Origin: Eledone cirrhosa
Lineage: Eukaryota
DNA length: 64,000 bases
Direction: 5' to 3'
Assembly (NCBI GenBank): GCA_964016885.1
Contig: OZ024742.1
Coordinates: forward strand, 108,252,001 to 108,316,000
In this document: piece by piece, positions 13,918 through 26,615 of the stretch
Numbering within the stretch: position 1 is the first letter of the stretch
How the letters are laid out: every line of letters begins with the position of its first letter
Program-made: the position numbers and the translations under genes
Notes under the pieces: model-generated
What the model was told of the DNA's origin: nothing
What the model saw: only the letters and a program-made list of their open reading frames with translations
The model's database searches: none

Positions 13918-14418
13918 AGATACGGGTCCCTTTGAAAATATTTTTTTCGCGCCATTCCTGGCCTGACTGTAATCTGACATTAATATCGACCTTTCTTCCT
14001 CTTTCTTTCTATCTTTCTTCTTGTAGCCATCAACCCTGACTTTTCTTCTTCTTCCTTTTCTTCCTTCTCTTCTCCCTTCTTTCTGTCTTTCTCCTTGTGG
14101 CATGATATTAACGCTGACTTATCTCCCCCCCCCCCCTTTTTGTTTGCCTATATTTGACCGGTAGTAGTTGTTAAGATACGGGTCCCTTGGAATAAATTTT
14201 TTTCGCGACATTCCTGGCCTGACTGTAATACCGACCTTTCCTACTCTTTCTTTCTGTCTTTCTTCTTATAGCTGACATTAACCCTGGCTTCTCTTCTTCT
14301 TCCTTTTCTTCCTCCCCCCTTCTCTCTTCTTTCTTTCTTTCTTTTTTCTTGTGGCATGATATTAACGCTGACTTATGTTCCTATCCCTTTCTGTTTTCCT
14401 TTATTTGACCGGTAGTAG
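13918..14418 (+). repeat. Tandem duplication, ~255-bp unit
   Basis: aagatacgggtccc...tttgaccggtagtag occurs twice. Confidence 0.85.
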
Positions 14419-14522
14419 CACACTATAAGCTTTAGCCACGTCACTTGAGGGCGACCGGCAAAGGTGGAAGATGCTGGATGGCCCATGGATTTTATCTGTT
14501 ACATTCACTTATTATATTTCGA

Positions 14523-14580
14523 ATACCTGATGATATCACCGGATTCATACGGAACCCGGTCATTGAAATGATGATAGTAT
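14523..14580 (+). ncRNA. Type I hammerhead ribozyme (family C)
   Basis: atac-CTGATGA-stem II-GAAA-tgatga-TA-gtat-AATAAA. Confidence 0.8.
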
Positions 14581-14626
14581 AATAAACCTTTCAAGGATTT
14601 ACACAAGTCCAGCCTCCTGTCATTTC

Positions 14627-14697
<71 letters not shown>

Positions 14698-14719
14698 TAT
14701 ATATATATATATATATATA

Positions 14720-14764
<45 letters not shown>

Positions 14765-14769
<5 letters not shown>

Positions 14770-15140
14770 TAGGAATTCCAGCTTTGTCAGATTTACTCGT
14801 TTTATTTACAATCCTTTAAAATTTATAATGGTATTAGAATGAAATAGTATGGTAGAATATTAAATGTTAAGTGTTAATTGAACAAGTACTTTCATGCTTT
14901 CGCGATCTTCAGGTTCCTATTCTGTGGTGACAGTCAAGTTTGCAATTTTCAACTGTTGAAAATTGAAAAATTGACTGTCACCACACAATATGACCTGAAG
15001 ATTGCGAAAGCATGAAAGTACTTGTTCAATTAACACTTAACATTTAATATTCTACCATACTATTTCATTCTAATACCATTATAAATTTTAAAGGATTGTA
15101 AATAAAACGAGTAAATCAGACAAAGTTGGAATTCCTTTCC
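14765..15140. mobile_element. Palindromic PLE pseudo-LTR pair with two hammerheads (14880-14916 minus, 14992-15026 plus)
   Basis: ~185-bp arms homologous to 19245-19440; (g)aac-CTGAAGA-t tgc gaaa gca t-GAAA-gtac-TT-gtt(c). Confidence 0.85.
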
Positions 15141-15199
15141 TTTTATTAATATAATCTTCTATACACAATCATACACACCCGTGTATATATATATGTATA

Positions 15200-15590
15200 T
15201 ATATATATGGAAGATCATGGAAAGACTAGCACCACAGTTTGACATTGAGAGCTGGACCAACTCTCGAAAAGGGCGCGACTGTGAAGTGCCAATGTTCCTA
15301 TCCTTCATATCAAGAGGAATGACCAGATACTGTAATAGCTTGGGTTGCAAAGGACCCAAACAATTCTGACTGATCTACATGGTGAGGATGTAGATGATTT
15401 TCAAGATGCTTCTCGACATTCTGTTAACTAAGATCCCAGATGAACCAACAAATAAGGGCTGCAGCGACAAACACCCTCTTGCATCAGTGGCCAACCTAAT
15501 GTTAGAAAACGCCAAAGTCAATAAAACTTTGAAAAACGGTGAGCACTTTCTATATATATATATAAACAGTTCAAGAGTAACCAATCTAAG
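15200..15590 (+). mobile_element. CR1-superfamily LINE ORF2 C-terminal fragment
   Basis: IYIWKIMERLAP, YCNSLGCKGPKQF, FKMLLDILLTKIPDEP. Confidence 0.7.
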
Positions 15591-15642
<52 letters not shown>

Positions 15643-15974
15643 ATAATAAGAAAAAGTAAATAGTTTTATTTTATTATAGAAGGATATTTTATACATTCAA
15701 TAGTTGCATCAAGATAGGAATACAAAATTTACAAAATTTACGAAGTTAACGATATTATACCAACAAATTTTATAATATTTATGTAAAGTTTCGTTGTTAC
15801 TTAGAAGCACAATAGAAAACACAATAGAAATAGAAAAACACAATAGAAATAGAAAAACAATCTACAGACGGAAAACTTATAACTGGACATATAAACTCTG
15901 AAATTAAGAATTTAGTTGAAATTATACCAACAGTTATCAAAGATACAAGAGAAAGCCTACCACAACCCCCTTGA

Positions 15975-16661
15975 ATGTCAGAACTAAACGAAAGAAATTT
16001 GGAAAACAAAACACATCGAATAAGAAAAGAAATGTGGAAGACATGGAAAAAAATTCTTAACATAAGAAAACAAAACTTCTGGAAAGCATACAAATGCGAA
16101 AAATATGTCGAAACACATTCGAAATGGCTCTCTCTAACAGCACCCATACTCCCTCGTAAATACCTAATTACAGAAATTGCAGGAGAACCAGAAGAAGAAA
16201 CAAAACTCCGATGGGAACTTACATTGACAAAATTCAGGACCGACATCTCGATTTCTCAATGTAAACAATCCCGCTACAAAGCCAAATATGAAGCTATTGA
16301 TGAAGTCGAAATTTCAAAGCTAATGACTGGTAATATAGCTGAAAAACTACGAGAACTATGGATCAGAGATATCTCAAAAGAAGAAAGCAAATCAAGAAAG
16401 TTATGGCAGCAGAAACAATTATTTCTCGACGAATATGCTGCAAATTACGGTAAAGACTCTGGAACTCTGAGAAAAAGCATTAAAAGTGGACAATCTCACC
16501 AACACAACATACGCCAGAACACGTGGCAACACAAACACTCACCTTACCTTGAACCAAAGAAGAACTACGGTAAGAACTCTTCGCTTTTTCTACAAAAACA
16601 CCCTAACGCATACAACATGAACAAAAAGCACAAACACGATATTCCTTTGACCACACCATGA
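15975..16661 (+). pseudogene. PLE N-terminal region ORF fragment
   Basis: 228-aa helical, lysine-rich ORF upstream of PLE RT on the same strand. Confidence 0.6.
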
Positions 16662-17131
16662 GAAGTAGAAAAACCAGGAGATCATTCTCAAGATCTCAAC
16701 AGAGACTACCCACATGGAACGGGAAAAAAACCGTAGAATAACCAGATCACTCTCAAGATCTCAAAAGAGATTACCCAAAAGAAACTGGGCGAATAAACCA
16801 TCTAAATCTGAAAGCAAACCTAGTTCATTTCCCCAGATTGTTAAAAATAATGCTAACAAGAAATGGAAAAATAATATACATAATACCATAATAGTACAAA
16901 AAACATAACGAGACCAAATATAATATCACGACCAAAAGTTCATCAAGCAAACACCAACAGGAATATAAATCCTGAACAGAGAAAAATCCATTTTTTAACG
17001 TCAGGACAACAAAAACCGGAAAAAGAAAAACTCCAGGAGGAAACACCCAAAACAACTGTACACGTAGATCCTAAAATAATTAATTTATCCAAATTAACAA
17101 CGATCTTGACAATGATCTTGACAATGATGAA

Positions 17132-18290
17132 ATGCAAATTCTGTCAAAAGGACTGAAATTCACACCGACTCCAACAGTCAACCACCAAGATCTGAAGGAG
17201 GATACCCAAGAATTCTGTCGAAAATTACGTTTTGTAGAATTCTTCGCTGATAAAAGTAATGAGAGTGATAAATCACTAGTAAAGAATAAATCAAATTTCA
17301 CTCCGCCAAAAGGAAGAAATATCTATCTCGACCAATACATTGACATCCTGTCAAATTTCCTCTTAGACGTAATACTAATGTTAGGCCAAACATTAACAAA
17401 TCAGAAATGTCTGCACTTAAATGTATACAAAATGATAAAACAATAATAATTAAACAAGCAGATAAAGGGGTGCAGTCGTTATAATGGATGCTGAATACTA
17501 CAAAGATTTGGTTGAGGAACAACTGAAAGACACAACATTCTATCATGAAATACCGTCAAATATAGACCACAACATCATGAAGAAGATCAACAACCTGGTT
17601 TCAAAATACCACAACTCACTTACTGATAAGGAAAGAGACTACATCACCAATTTTGAGCCAAAACCCAGCAACCTGTATGGCCTACCGAAAGTTCATAAGT
17701 CAAAAGAAATACAACTGGCAGTAAAAGAACAAAACAGTGTGTACATTAAATTACTACACCCAAAAGACTTAAAACTTAGACCTATTATAGCTTGTCCAAC
17801 ATGCCCTACCCACCGTCTAAGCAATTTTGTTGACATTATTTTGAAACCACTATGTATTCACATACCCAGTTTCATGATATCGACTTCCTGTCCCATCTTC
17901 CCCAAACCACGGAAACGAATTCACTTCTACTTAGTTTTGATATGGTAAGCCTTTACACCAACATTACACATGATTTAGGAATAAAGGCGGTTAAATACTG
18001 GGTGGAAAAACATAGAGAAGTGATTCCCACCAAATTCACAGCGCCATTTATATTAGACGCAGTTAAACTTATTCTGGAAAACAACACTTTCTTCTTCAAT
18101 GGAAAGAATTACAAAACGCAACATCCCATACTGCCTAGCCAGAAGAATTTGTACCATTGTAGAAGATACGAATACCAGGAACAAACGCCTAACAGAACTG
18201 AGAGAATTTTTGCTCAAACAAAAAATACCCATCTCTACTTATAGAAAATGGCATACAGCGGGCTATAAAAATACCTATACAACAACCTAG
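17132..18290 (+). pseudogene. PLE reverse transcriptase, frameshifted and internally deleted
   Basis: LSKGLKFTPTP, IIKQADKG, LYGLPKVHK, LRPIIA, SFDMVSLYTNI, ENNTFFFNGKNY, then directly NIPYCLARRI. Confidence 0.9.
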
Positions 18291-18336
18291 GACAACCCAA
18301 GGAAGAAGAAACCAAGAACTGGTCATACCATTTATA

Positions 18337-18921
18337 ATGACACACAACCCATGTCACCAGCATATCTTCAACACTGCCAAAGCAAACCTACCGATCATTG
18401 CTCAAAGTAATAAATTAAAAGGCTTAATCACAGACCGATCTTTGACTATTAGTAAAAGACAGCCGAAAAAGTTGAAGCAATTACTAACAAAAGCAAAGTT
18501 TGACCTTAACAACAAAGACCAATCATTCACTGTATCTAAATGCAATGATAGTCGATGTATCACATGTCAATCCATACACAACGGTCAATATATGAACACA
18601 AAAACTGGAAAAATATTCCCAAATGCAAATATGAACTGCAAAAGCAGAAATCTAATTTACTGCATTAAATGCCCAAATTGTGAAGAACTATATGTCGGTC
18701 AAACTCGAAATGCACTATCGGAACGTGCACGGGTGCACCGACAGCAAATCAGAGACCCAAATGTCCGTCAGATACCCCTGAGTAACCATCTAGCAACATG
18801 TGGTCAGAGAATATTTATAATATTTCCATTCTACAAATTACACAGCCCAAGTGAAATCAAGAGAAAAATCAACGAAAAGAATGTTATTGATAAATTCCAA
18901 CCCAAGCTAAATGAACAATAA
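18337..18921 (+). pseudogene. PLE GIY-YIG endonuclease with Cys/His motifs
   Basis: CNDSRCITC...NCKSRNLIYCIKCPNCEELYVGQT...RARVHR...H. Confidence 0.9.
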
Positions 18922-19285
18922 TAATGGGGTATTACTCCCACTATGACTACGACCATGTCGACTACTACCACTAACAACAACAACAATAATAATAATAAAA
19001 GTGATGTTGATGATTATTAGAAAATGCTATTTTCATCATTTCTAAAAATAGCAAAACAATTGATGCTTTGGATAGGGTCAAATAGTAGTCGTTAGACATG
19101 CTCAATCAACCGTGACGCCTAAATCAATCAGCTGTAGTAATCCAGTGAAACTACACACCGAATGGACGAAATACAGTTTGCAGAATGTAGCATTCTGTAG
19201 CCGCTTTTCACTGTATATAAGGCACAAAATTTACCCATCTCATTACAGTTGAAAATTGCAATCGTGACTGTCACCACAGAATATT

Positions 19286-19320
19286 AACCTGAAGATTGCG
19301 AAATCATGAAAGTACTTGTT
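19286..19320 (+). ncRNA. Type I hammerhead in PLE 3' pseudo-LTR
   Basis: aac-CTGAAGA-ttgc gaaa tcat-GAAA-gtac-TT-gtt. Confidence 0.7.
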
Positions 19321-19802
19321 CAATTAACACTTAACATTTAATATTCTACCATACTATTTCATTCTAATACCATTATAAATGTTAAAGGATTGTAACTAAA
19401 ACGAGTAAATCAGACAACGTTGGAATTCCTTTTATTAATATATATAATATAAAACGAAAATCAATCAGTGATGCATCTGAACTCAATTTATCGTGTGTTA
19501 CATTTGTTTCGCCGGCGGACAGCTCGAGACTCGATCATTGTGTGGATCTGTCTGATTCTGGACCCGCATGTTCGACGGACACGTCTAATGATTTCGGAGC
19601 ATATTTTCTCAGTGGAGTATCTGACCCTATGGGCCAGTACTGTCAAAAACTTCATCCTCTTCGCGCGTCCAGTGATTGGCTGCTGGTTGTCTACATCATC
19701 ATAAATTCTGACCACAGGTATCATTCCGCTGTCCCATGTCTGCTACACTTCAATGAATTACTGCTGTGTTTTGTTGTCCACACATCAACGCGCGCACTCA
19801 CA

Positions 19803-19841
<39 letters not shown>

Positions 19842-20448
19842 CCATATAGATACCGACAGTCGTACGCATAGACTCCCGCTATACCCACACATTAAGGAGA
19901 ACATATAAACATATAAACGTACGCATACATTCATCCAGAGAGGCACGTACATACATAGACACATGCCCACAGGCCTATATACATCAACACGCACACACAC
20001 ATGCTCATAACATGCATACGCGAATGTATACACGTACACACAAACACGTACATGTTTATCGATCAGCTGGAGAAACGATCGATTAATGATCGAATCTGGC
20101 TCTGGAATCGGAAGCTCCTCAGATATGTGTTAACATGTAGACTCGCTGAAAACGTTGCATGTGCATACGTTACTTTACACAGTGAAGCGAAAATTGCATT
20201 TTTTCCACTAAAACTAAAATCTAAATTGCATTGATTTTCGGTGTTTGTGAATGTGCGTGCGTACAATAGTATATTTCTGTATGAATTTGCTTACCTTAAT
20301 TATCGTTAGTAGAGAGAGAATCACACAGACACACATATATGCATATACACACACACATATATATATATATATATGTGTGTGTATGCTTAGGTATATTTAC
20401 ATACATATTATATACATACCTATATATCTCTCTCTATTTCTCCCTCTC

Positions 20449-20540
<92 letters not shown>

Positions 20541-20949
20541 TGTGTATTTGTGTTTGTGTGCGTGTGTGGGTGTACATCGAATTTCGCACTTGTACATCTT
20601 TCAATAATTAACACAGATATATATATGACATCAACGCATATCCAAAATATTTACCAAATCCGTTATTAGATTCAAAAACAGATAGTGCCGCCTCTACCTT
20701 GTTTAACATGCAGACGCCAAGATTCTTTTGGGAAGATAACGTTAAGACAAAATGGTGAAGACTAGATACACTACAAACCAGCCGATCTGGAAACATATTT
20801 CCTTAACATGGTTCCGTTCCATATTTTATGTCTGCTTGTTTCCTAATTGTCGAACAGAATAACTATTTACGTAAAATCTTAACACATCAGAAAATTGATT
20901 TATAATAAATTTAAACCTACACTTTCAAATGCGCGTATATATATATATA

Positions 20950-21328
20950 TAAAAGAGAGATAAACACAGACATATACATAGATGTGTTCAAATCGTAAGG
21001 GACCAGATGATGAGCAAGAATTGGTAATCCTCTTCACAATTAATTTGCGAAAAAGCATAGACAAACGCTGTATGGGTGATTGGTAGTTACCACAATTCCG
21101 GTTTGTATTTATTTTCTTGATTTATTCTTAAATTGAGTCTGGCAAACCCTATTGTCCATAGTTAGTATTTTTTTCACCTTACCGAATCTCGCCCCTTACG
21201 ATTTGAACACATATATGTATATGTGTTTATCTCTCCTTTATATTCAACTATGATATACGGCTCGGAAAAATCTCTTTTCTGGAGTTATTTTATTGTAAGA
21301 GACTATTTTGAGTTTCTAACTCAATATA
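20950..21328 (+). mobile_element. Family D module with 5' inversion
   Basis: 20955-21002 inverted versus 21193-21236; tail homologous to 4780-4910. Confidence 0.65.
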
Positions 21329-21337
21329 TACCTTTGA

Positions 21338-21484
<147 letters not shown>

Positions 21485-21647
21485 CAATGTGGGTGTGTGG
21501 GTGTGTGGGTGTAGGTGTGCCTGTTAGTTAGGTGTGTAGCTACAGTTACTGGTTGCGTGCCGTTCGAAGTACCCAATGTTGTTACGTGATGGGTAGTATT
21601 CCAGAGTTAAGGCGGCTGTAGTGTGCAGAGTGAAAATAGATTAAAAA

Positions 21648-21880
21648 GAATCGAAGTCAGTGTTGCAGCATATGTACACATTTTATTGGCATATTTCAAT
21701 TGTTTCGATATCGATCATCTCAGGGTACAATCTTGATGACGGGTCCCAACTCTTTGACGAGATGTCGAAAAAGAGTCTGGCCACGTCATCATGATTGTAC
21801 CCAGAACTGATCGATATCGAAACAATTGAAATAGGTCAATAAAGTTTGTACATATGCTGCAACACTGATTTCGATTCTTC
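21648..21880. repeat. Fold-back palindrome, ~100-bp arms
   Basis: aagaatcgaagtcagtgttgcagcatatgtac...gtacatatgctgcaacactgatttcgattctt, directly upstream of a PLE RT remnant. Confidence 0.85.
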
Positions 21881-21889
21881 TTGTCGATC

Positions 21890-23130
21890 TCGTGACCCTT
21901 TTAGATAAAGCGTTGCAGTTTGCCACCAAATACACCCTCGTCTGTGACTTGGATAGACAGATCACTACCCATTGCAGAAAACCTTCCTCTTCAGTAATGG
22001 TGTAGCATGAGCAAAAAATCGACTATCTTAGAAATATTTGGTATCTCAACGGCATCATTCGATAGGGTTGATGTATGCGATTTGTTTGAATTATATATAT
22101 TAGATACGTTGCGAGTCAAATTCCCGGACTTCTACATGGGTTTATACCGCGACGATAGTCTGAGCTTATCAAGCCTTAAAAGTGGTGACGACCTCGACCG
22201 ATTTAAGAAAACATCTGATAGCCACATTCAATGAGTTAGGACTTAAGATCACTTTAGCAACCGATCTGATTAGCCTAAATTATTTAGACATCAACCTAGA
22301 CCTTCGCATTCAGACCTTTCCACGAAATTAATAAAAAATAATTCATATACACAAGGACTTATGTCACCCATCTACGGTCTTGAAATACTTCGTTAAAAAC
22401 ATCAGTACTAGGATTTCTAATCTTTCTTCTAACAAGGCCATCTTTGACAGAGCGACACTTTACTATATCACTGTGGTAACCAACAGCGGCTTCTTCGATA
22501 AAATTTCGTATTAATCACACTACCAATAGAAAGTAAAATAGAAATAAAAACATAATTTGGGTCTGCCCATACTTCTCACTTGGAGTTAGAACTAATGTAG
22601 GGCATCAATATAGATCTAACTTTAATGGACACAGGGTGAAATTCAAATATTCCTGTGCTAAAAATATGAAACCCCACATCACCAACCCCACGATCTCTCC
22701 CCCACTCGGCTGTTCATGCAGAAAGACGGAATATTACCCTCTACAACAACAGTGTGATATACCCGAGTCGTCCTTGGTTCGACCACGGCCGAACCAACAG
22801 CAGGCGGTCAAAACATATGTCGGAGGGCCAGTTTAAAGAACGCTTCCTTAACTATCAGATGACCTTTAGACACTCTGATAAGCGATCTTCCACGAAGCTG
22901 GCAAACCAAGAATGGTCATTGAAGGATGCAGACGTGAATTCCTCCATTCAATGGAAAATGCTCACCAAGTCGAGGTTATACGGAAATTGAGCGGTGTCCT
23001 GTAAATCGTCGTGGATAGATGAAAGAGTAACTAAGTTGCAAAGCTTACGTAACAGTAATTGCCTTAACACGAGAGCCGAGTTTTAAATCGTTGCCTCATG
23101 CTGCGAAATTTCTATTACGTAAATGGAAGG
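21890..23130 (+). pseudogene. Decayed PLE RT plus GIY-YIG (second PLE lineage)
   Basis: SFDRVDVCDLFELYIL, MGLYRDDSL, NYLDINLDL, CSCRK..PLQQQC, YVG..FKERF, TKLANQEWSLK. Confidence 0.8.
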
Positions 23131-24151
23131 ATCCAGGATAACCAAAAGTTTAACCCGGACTGAACTATCACAAGCGATCGTCCTTCATAAGTTGTCACCC
23201 CTACAATAGTATAATTGAGTTGTTTCTCTTGTCATTCAACGACCGACATCAGCCCCACAGAATCCAGCCAACTTATATATACTTCCAATCTCCTCTTTCT
23301 TCTAACTCTTTCCTAATGAAAAGCAAACGTCTGATATTTTGAAACATTCGTTTTCCTTTTCCAGCAATCGTGAAATTAATGACTTATTTTATCTCCCTGT
23401 CTATCTATGAAACCATTCTAAAAATAGTTGTTTTTCTTTTCTCGGCTGTATCATTTTCCTATTTACAAACTAGCATACTTAGGTAGAAGTAGACATTTTT
23501 CCTTTTTTCTTCTCTTATTATCTTTTTTCTTCAATAGTTACACACTAATTACACTTAGGCGGATCATTGCTTATCTACACTATTATATTCAGCTTCCTTC
23601 ATTTCTTCCTTAGATTAACCCAAGCATTGTCACTCCTGTTAAATATACATAGCACCGGCCGAACACATAGCCAGTGTTTTTTTTTTTGGGGGGGGGGGGG
23701 GGTGATAATATTGATAAATTACTACATTGAGATACTGTTCTAATGTATTAGAGTAACTAATAATTAAATTTCATTAATTAGGAATTTTGTATTAAATTAT
23801 ATTAAATTATATTTGCTTTGCTCTCTGGCAAACGCTAGACCCGGCATACCCATATTAACTCTACAACATTCCTTGTTTATCATAGGTTCTTACCCCCTTT
23901 AGAGATAGCTGTAAAGAATTCTCTCTTAACTCATGACCGGCCCTACATCCACAGGTCAGATTGTCATCTTACTCCCTCCCCTTCGTTCTACAAGCAAGTT
24001 CAGCCACCCCACCCCCCGCTATGAAGGAATTTAACTATTTATACAAAATCTTTGACCACTCCCTGTGACAGAAAAGAAAAACAACAATTTTTAGAATTGT
24101 TTGATATAATACTACTGCTATGCTTTCATTACATGTCCATATATGGACTAT

Positions 24152-24350
24152 ACCCCTTGATAAGTTCAGCTAGATTAGTACGGTCCTAACACTACTGGGT
24201 TAGTTCAGATCTAATTGATGAAACAGCCGGAGCTCAGCCATCGGGTCCTGACTCTTTTCCTATTACCCACTCTACTACCCTAAGTATCGAGTACTCTGGT
24301 GCGTTATGGTCCACCAGGTTCCTTACCACACTTCCTTCCTTATATATATA
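24152..24350 (+). ncRNA. Pseudo-LTR with decayed hammerhead (family B)
   Basis: acccc-TTGATAA-long stem II-GAAA-cagc..gcca-TC-gggt; 3' halves of this family at about 29000, 32890, 33480-33593, 45080. Confidence 0.6.
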
Positions 24351-24599
24351 TATATGAAACTTTCCTACCCAACCACACGCTCCGTAGCCCAGCACATAGT
24401 CGGCATAAATAGGAATAGGCTCACTTCCTCTAATACCACCGTAAACCCCGGAGCCACCCAACGGAACCAGCACGCGGGACACACCAGACCCTGGACAGGC
24501 CCATCTAGCACACTGGAACCGAACGACCCTGTGCTGATTGCGGCGGCTACCCAGCCAACCCTGAGTGATGGTAACCACGCGGTACATGTGCTGGGGCTT

Positions 24600-25030
24600 A
24601 AGAAGTCATGAAATTGCAGAGACCCATCACTATGCCCCCTTAGTAATGAATGCATGACGAAAAACGTAGTCTATAGGTGCAAGGTCACAACCCCTAACTC
24701 GGAGCACCACTACATAGGATCCACTGCGACGAGCTTCAAAGATAGGTGGTATAACCATCGCCATTCCTTTAACAGAATAGAAAAGGGAAATGTACGGCCC
24801 TTTCTGAATTGATCTGGAAGCTCAAACTTGAAAAGACCCCGCACTCTCTGGTCTGGTCCGTGGTTAGAAAGGTTCCCCCAGACAGGGGTGGGTCTGGTAT
24901 TTGCAACCTCTGTCTTAGTGAGACACTTGAAATACTTCATGGCGGAACCAAGCTATTAAGCAGAAGGGCCAACTTATTCGGCGCCTGTAGACACCTAAGG
25001 ACGGGAACTTTCCTTAAGCTATATGGATAA
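24600..25030 (+). pseudogene. PLE GIY-YIG endonuclease remnant
   Basis: NCRDPSLCPLSNECMTKNVVYRC...YIGSTATSFKDRWYNHRHSF / LSELIWKLK...CNLCLSE...CRH. Confidence 0.85.
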
Positions 25031-25695
25031 ACCCCGGTTCTGACCTCCCACAACGCCCCCCCCCCCCTGTAGGTCCCCTACACCCCGTACCAAAGACCAA
25101 TGGACTACAACCACTCATAGTTTGTTGTCCCTACGGTGGATTGTCCACCGGATCCTCTTCTGGTTACGAGGCAACAAAAGCTCGTTTATTGAACCTGAGG
25201 AACCCCCCCCCCCCGGGAGTGGCCCACACAGGAAGAACAATCATACCAAGGTACTAACCCTATACATATAAATGAGTGCCCGCAACCGTACATGGTGTGT
25301 GTATACTGGGATTACGTGAGTGTACACACTCATGTGAACGCAACGAAATACTAATACCCCAGGTTGCATTTGAAAAATGTTCAAGTGTATGCTTAGGAGT
25401 ATGTTTGTATATGCTCTCTTGTATGAGTGCACATGTGTATATAGACATACACGCACATCCAGAGGTATAAAAGTGTGGCTCGGTATGTGTATCTGTACTA
25501 AGGGATTCGCCTAAGCTCCAAAGCCCCCAAGCTATTGCTGTGAAGATATGTATCACACTCTACTTTGTCTCGTCTCAACAATAACTTTTCCAAACACCCA
25601 CTTTACTTTTCTTTAAAAATAACACCCACCTAGTTTTATGTCTGCCTTATACTTAGATTTGGGTGCCTCTGTTGTATATATATATGCACTTGTGC

Positions 25696-25773
<78 letters not shown>

Positions 25774-25904
25774 CTGTATGGATTTGTGTGTGTGTCTGAG
25801 GGGGTAGGTGTGAGTGTATGTACAAGTCAACCAACATAGGTCTTTTATTTCTAAACTCTCTAAGTATTTGACTCTTACCATAATGTTCAGTATTATCACG
25901 GTTA

Positions 25905-26085
25905 ATTGGCAGTATCGGTAGAGGGTCGGACGCCATGCTTTGACGCATAAAGTTACGGCCCTTGCCATTCTGAGTTCAAATCCCGCCGAGGTTAACTTTG
26001 CCTTTCATCCTTACGGGGTCGATAAAATAAAGTACCAGTAATGTACTGGGTAATTGCTGGCCTTGTGCCAATAGTAGAAACAATT
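25905..26085 (+). mobile_element. tRNA-derived SINE, family M
   Basis: tggcagtatcggtagag...gagttcaaatcccgccgagg...gtcgataaaataaagtacc. Confidence 0.85.
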
Positions 26086-26559
26086 ATCACCCCACATAAA
26101 TTCCTCAATTTGTATGTGTGGATATGTGTGTGTGTCTGTGGGGGTGGGTGTGAATGTATGTGCAAGTCAACCAACATAAGTCTTTTTATATGTAAATTTT
26201 CTAGTATTCTACTCTAACCATAATTTTCAGTAGTACATAGATTCCTCAATTTAAGATTGACCTGTAGTATCGAATTTCATACTATAAACCCCAATTGAAT
26301 ATATATCTGACCAGGAATGCTTTTTGTGAAAATCAGTCATATGGAACTATTGTCATCTTGCCTGACGGTTTGAACTTTACAACACCACCTGCCTCTTTGA
26401 GGTCAAATACCAACCCTACTAGCATCTACAAACTGACCAATGAGAATTAAGATTATTCCTGCTGACAACATTAAATTATTCCTAACAAGCTCATATGTCC
26501 CAAGGCTCTGATACAATCAACACCATAAACACAGAGCTGGCATATCTAAGAACTGACTA

Positions 26560-26615
26560 ACTGCCTGATGAGATCATAGCCACTCAATGGCTATCATCGA
26601 AATATATATAGCAGT
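26560..26615 (+). ncRNA. Type I hammerhead ribozyme, fully canonical core
   Basis: actgc-CTGATGA-gat c atagcca ctcaa tggctat c atc-GAAA-tatata-TA-gcagt, then AATAAA. Confidence 0.9.

Larger units (their letters stand above)
12355..14635 (+). mobile_element. Family C non-coding PLE-like element, copy 1
   Basis: 5' inverted pseudo-LTR piece (12355-12525), internal tandem duplications, 3' hammerhead; homologous to 30935-32846. Confidence 0.75.
15800..19440 (+). mobile_element. Penelope-like retroelement, defective
   Basis: N-terminal ORF, RT, GIY-YIG and 3' pseudo-LTR (19245-19440) with hammerhead. Confidence 0.9.

Noticed and set aside
21690-21835. GAAA-CAATTG hammerhead-like halves in a palindrome
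   Set aside because: Followed by AA rather than UH, and no CUGANGA with stem I; not counted.
25190-25225. CTGAGGA after the GIY-YIG remnant
   Set aside because: No downstream GAAA.
25905-26000. tRNA-like A/B boxes
   Set aside because: SINE heads without a cloverleaf; not tRNA genes.
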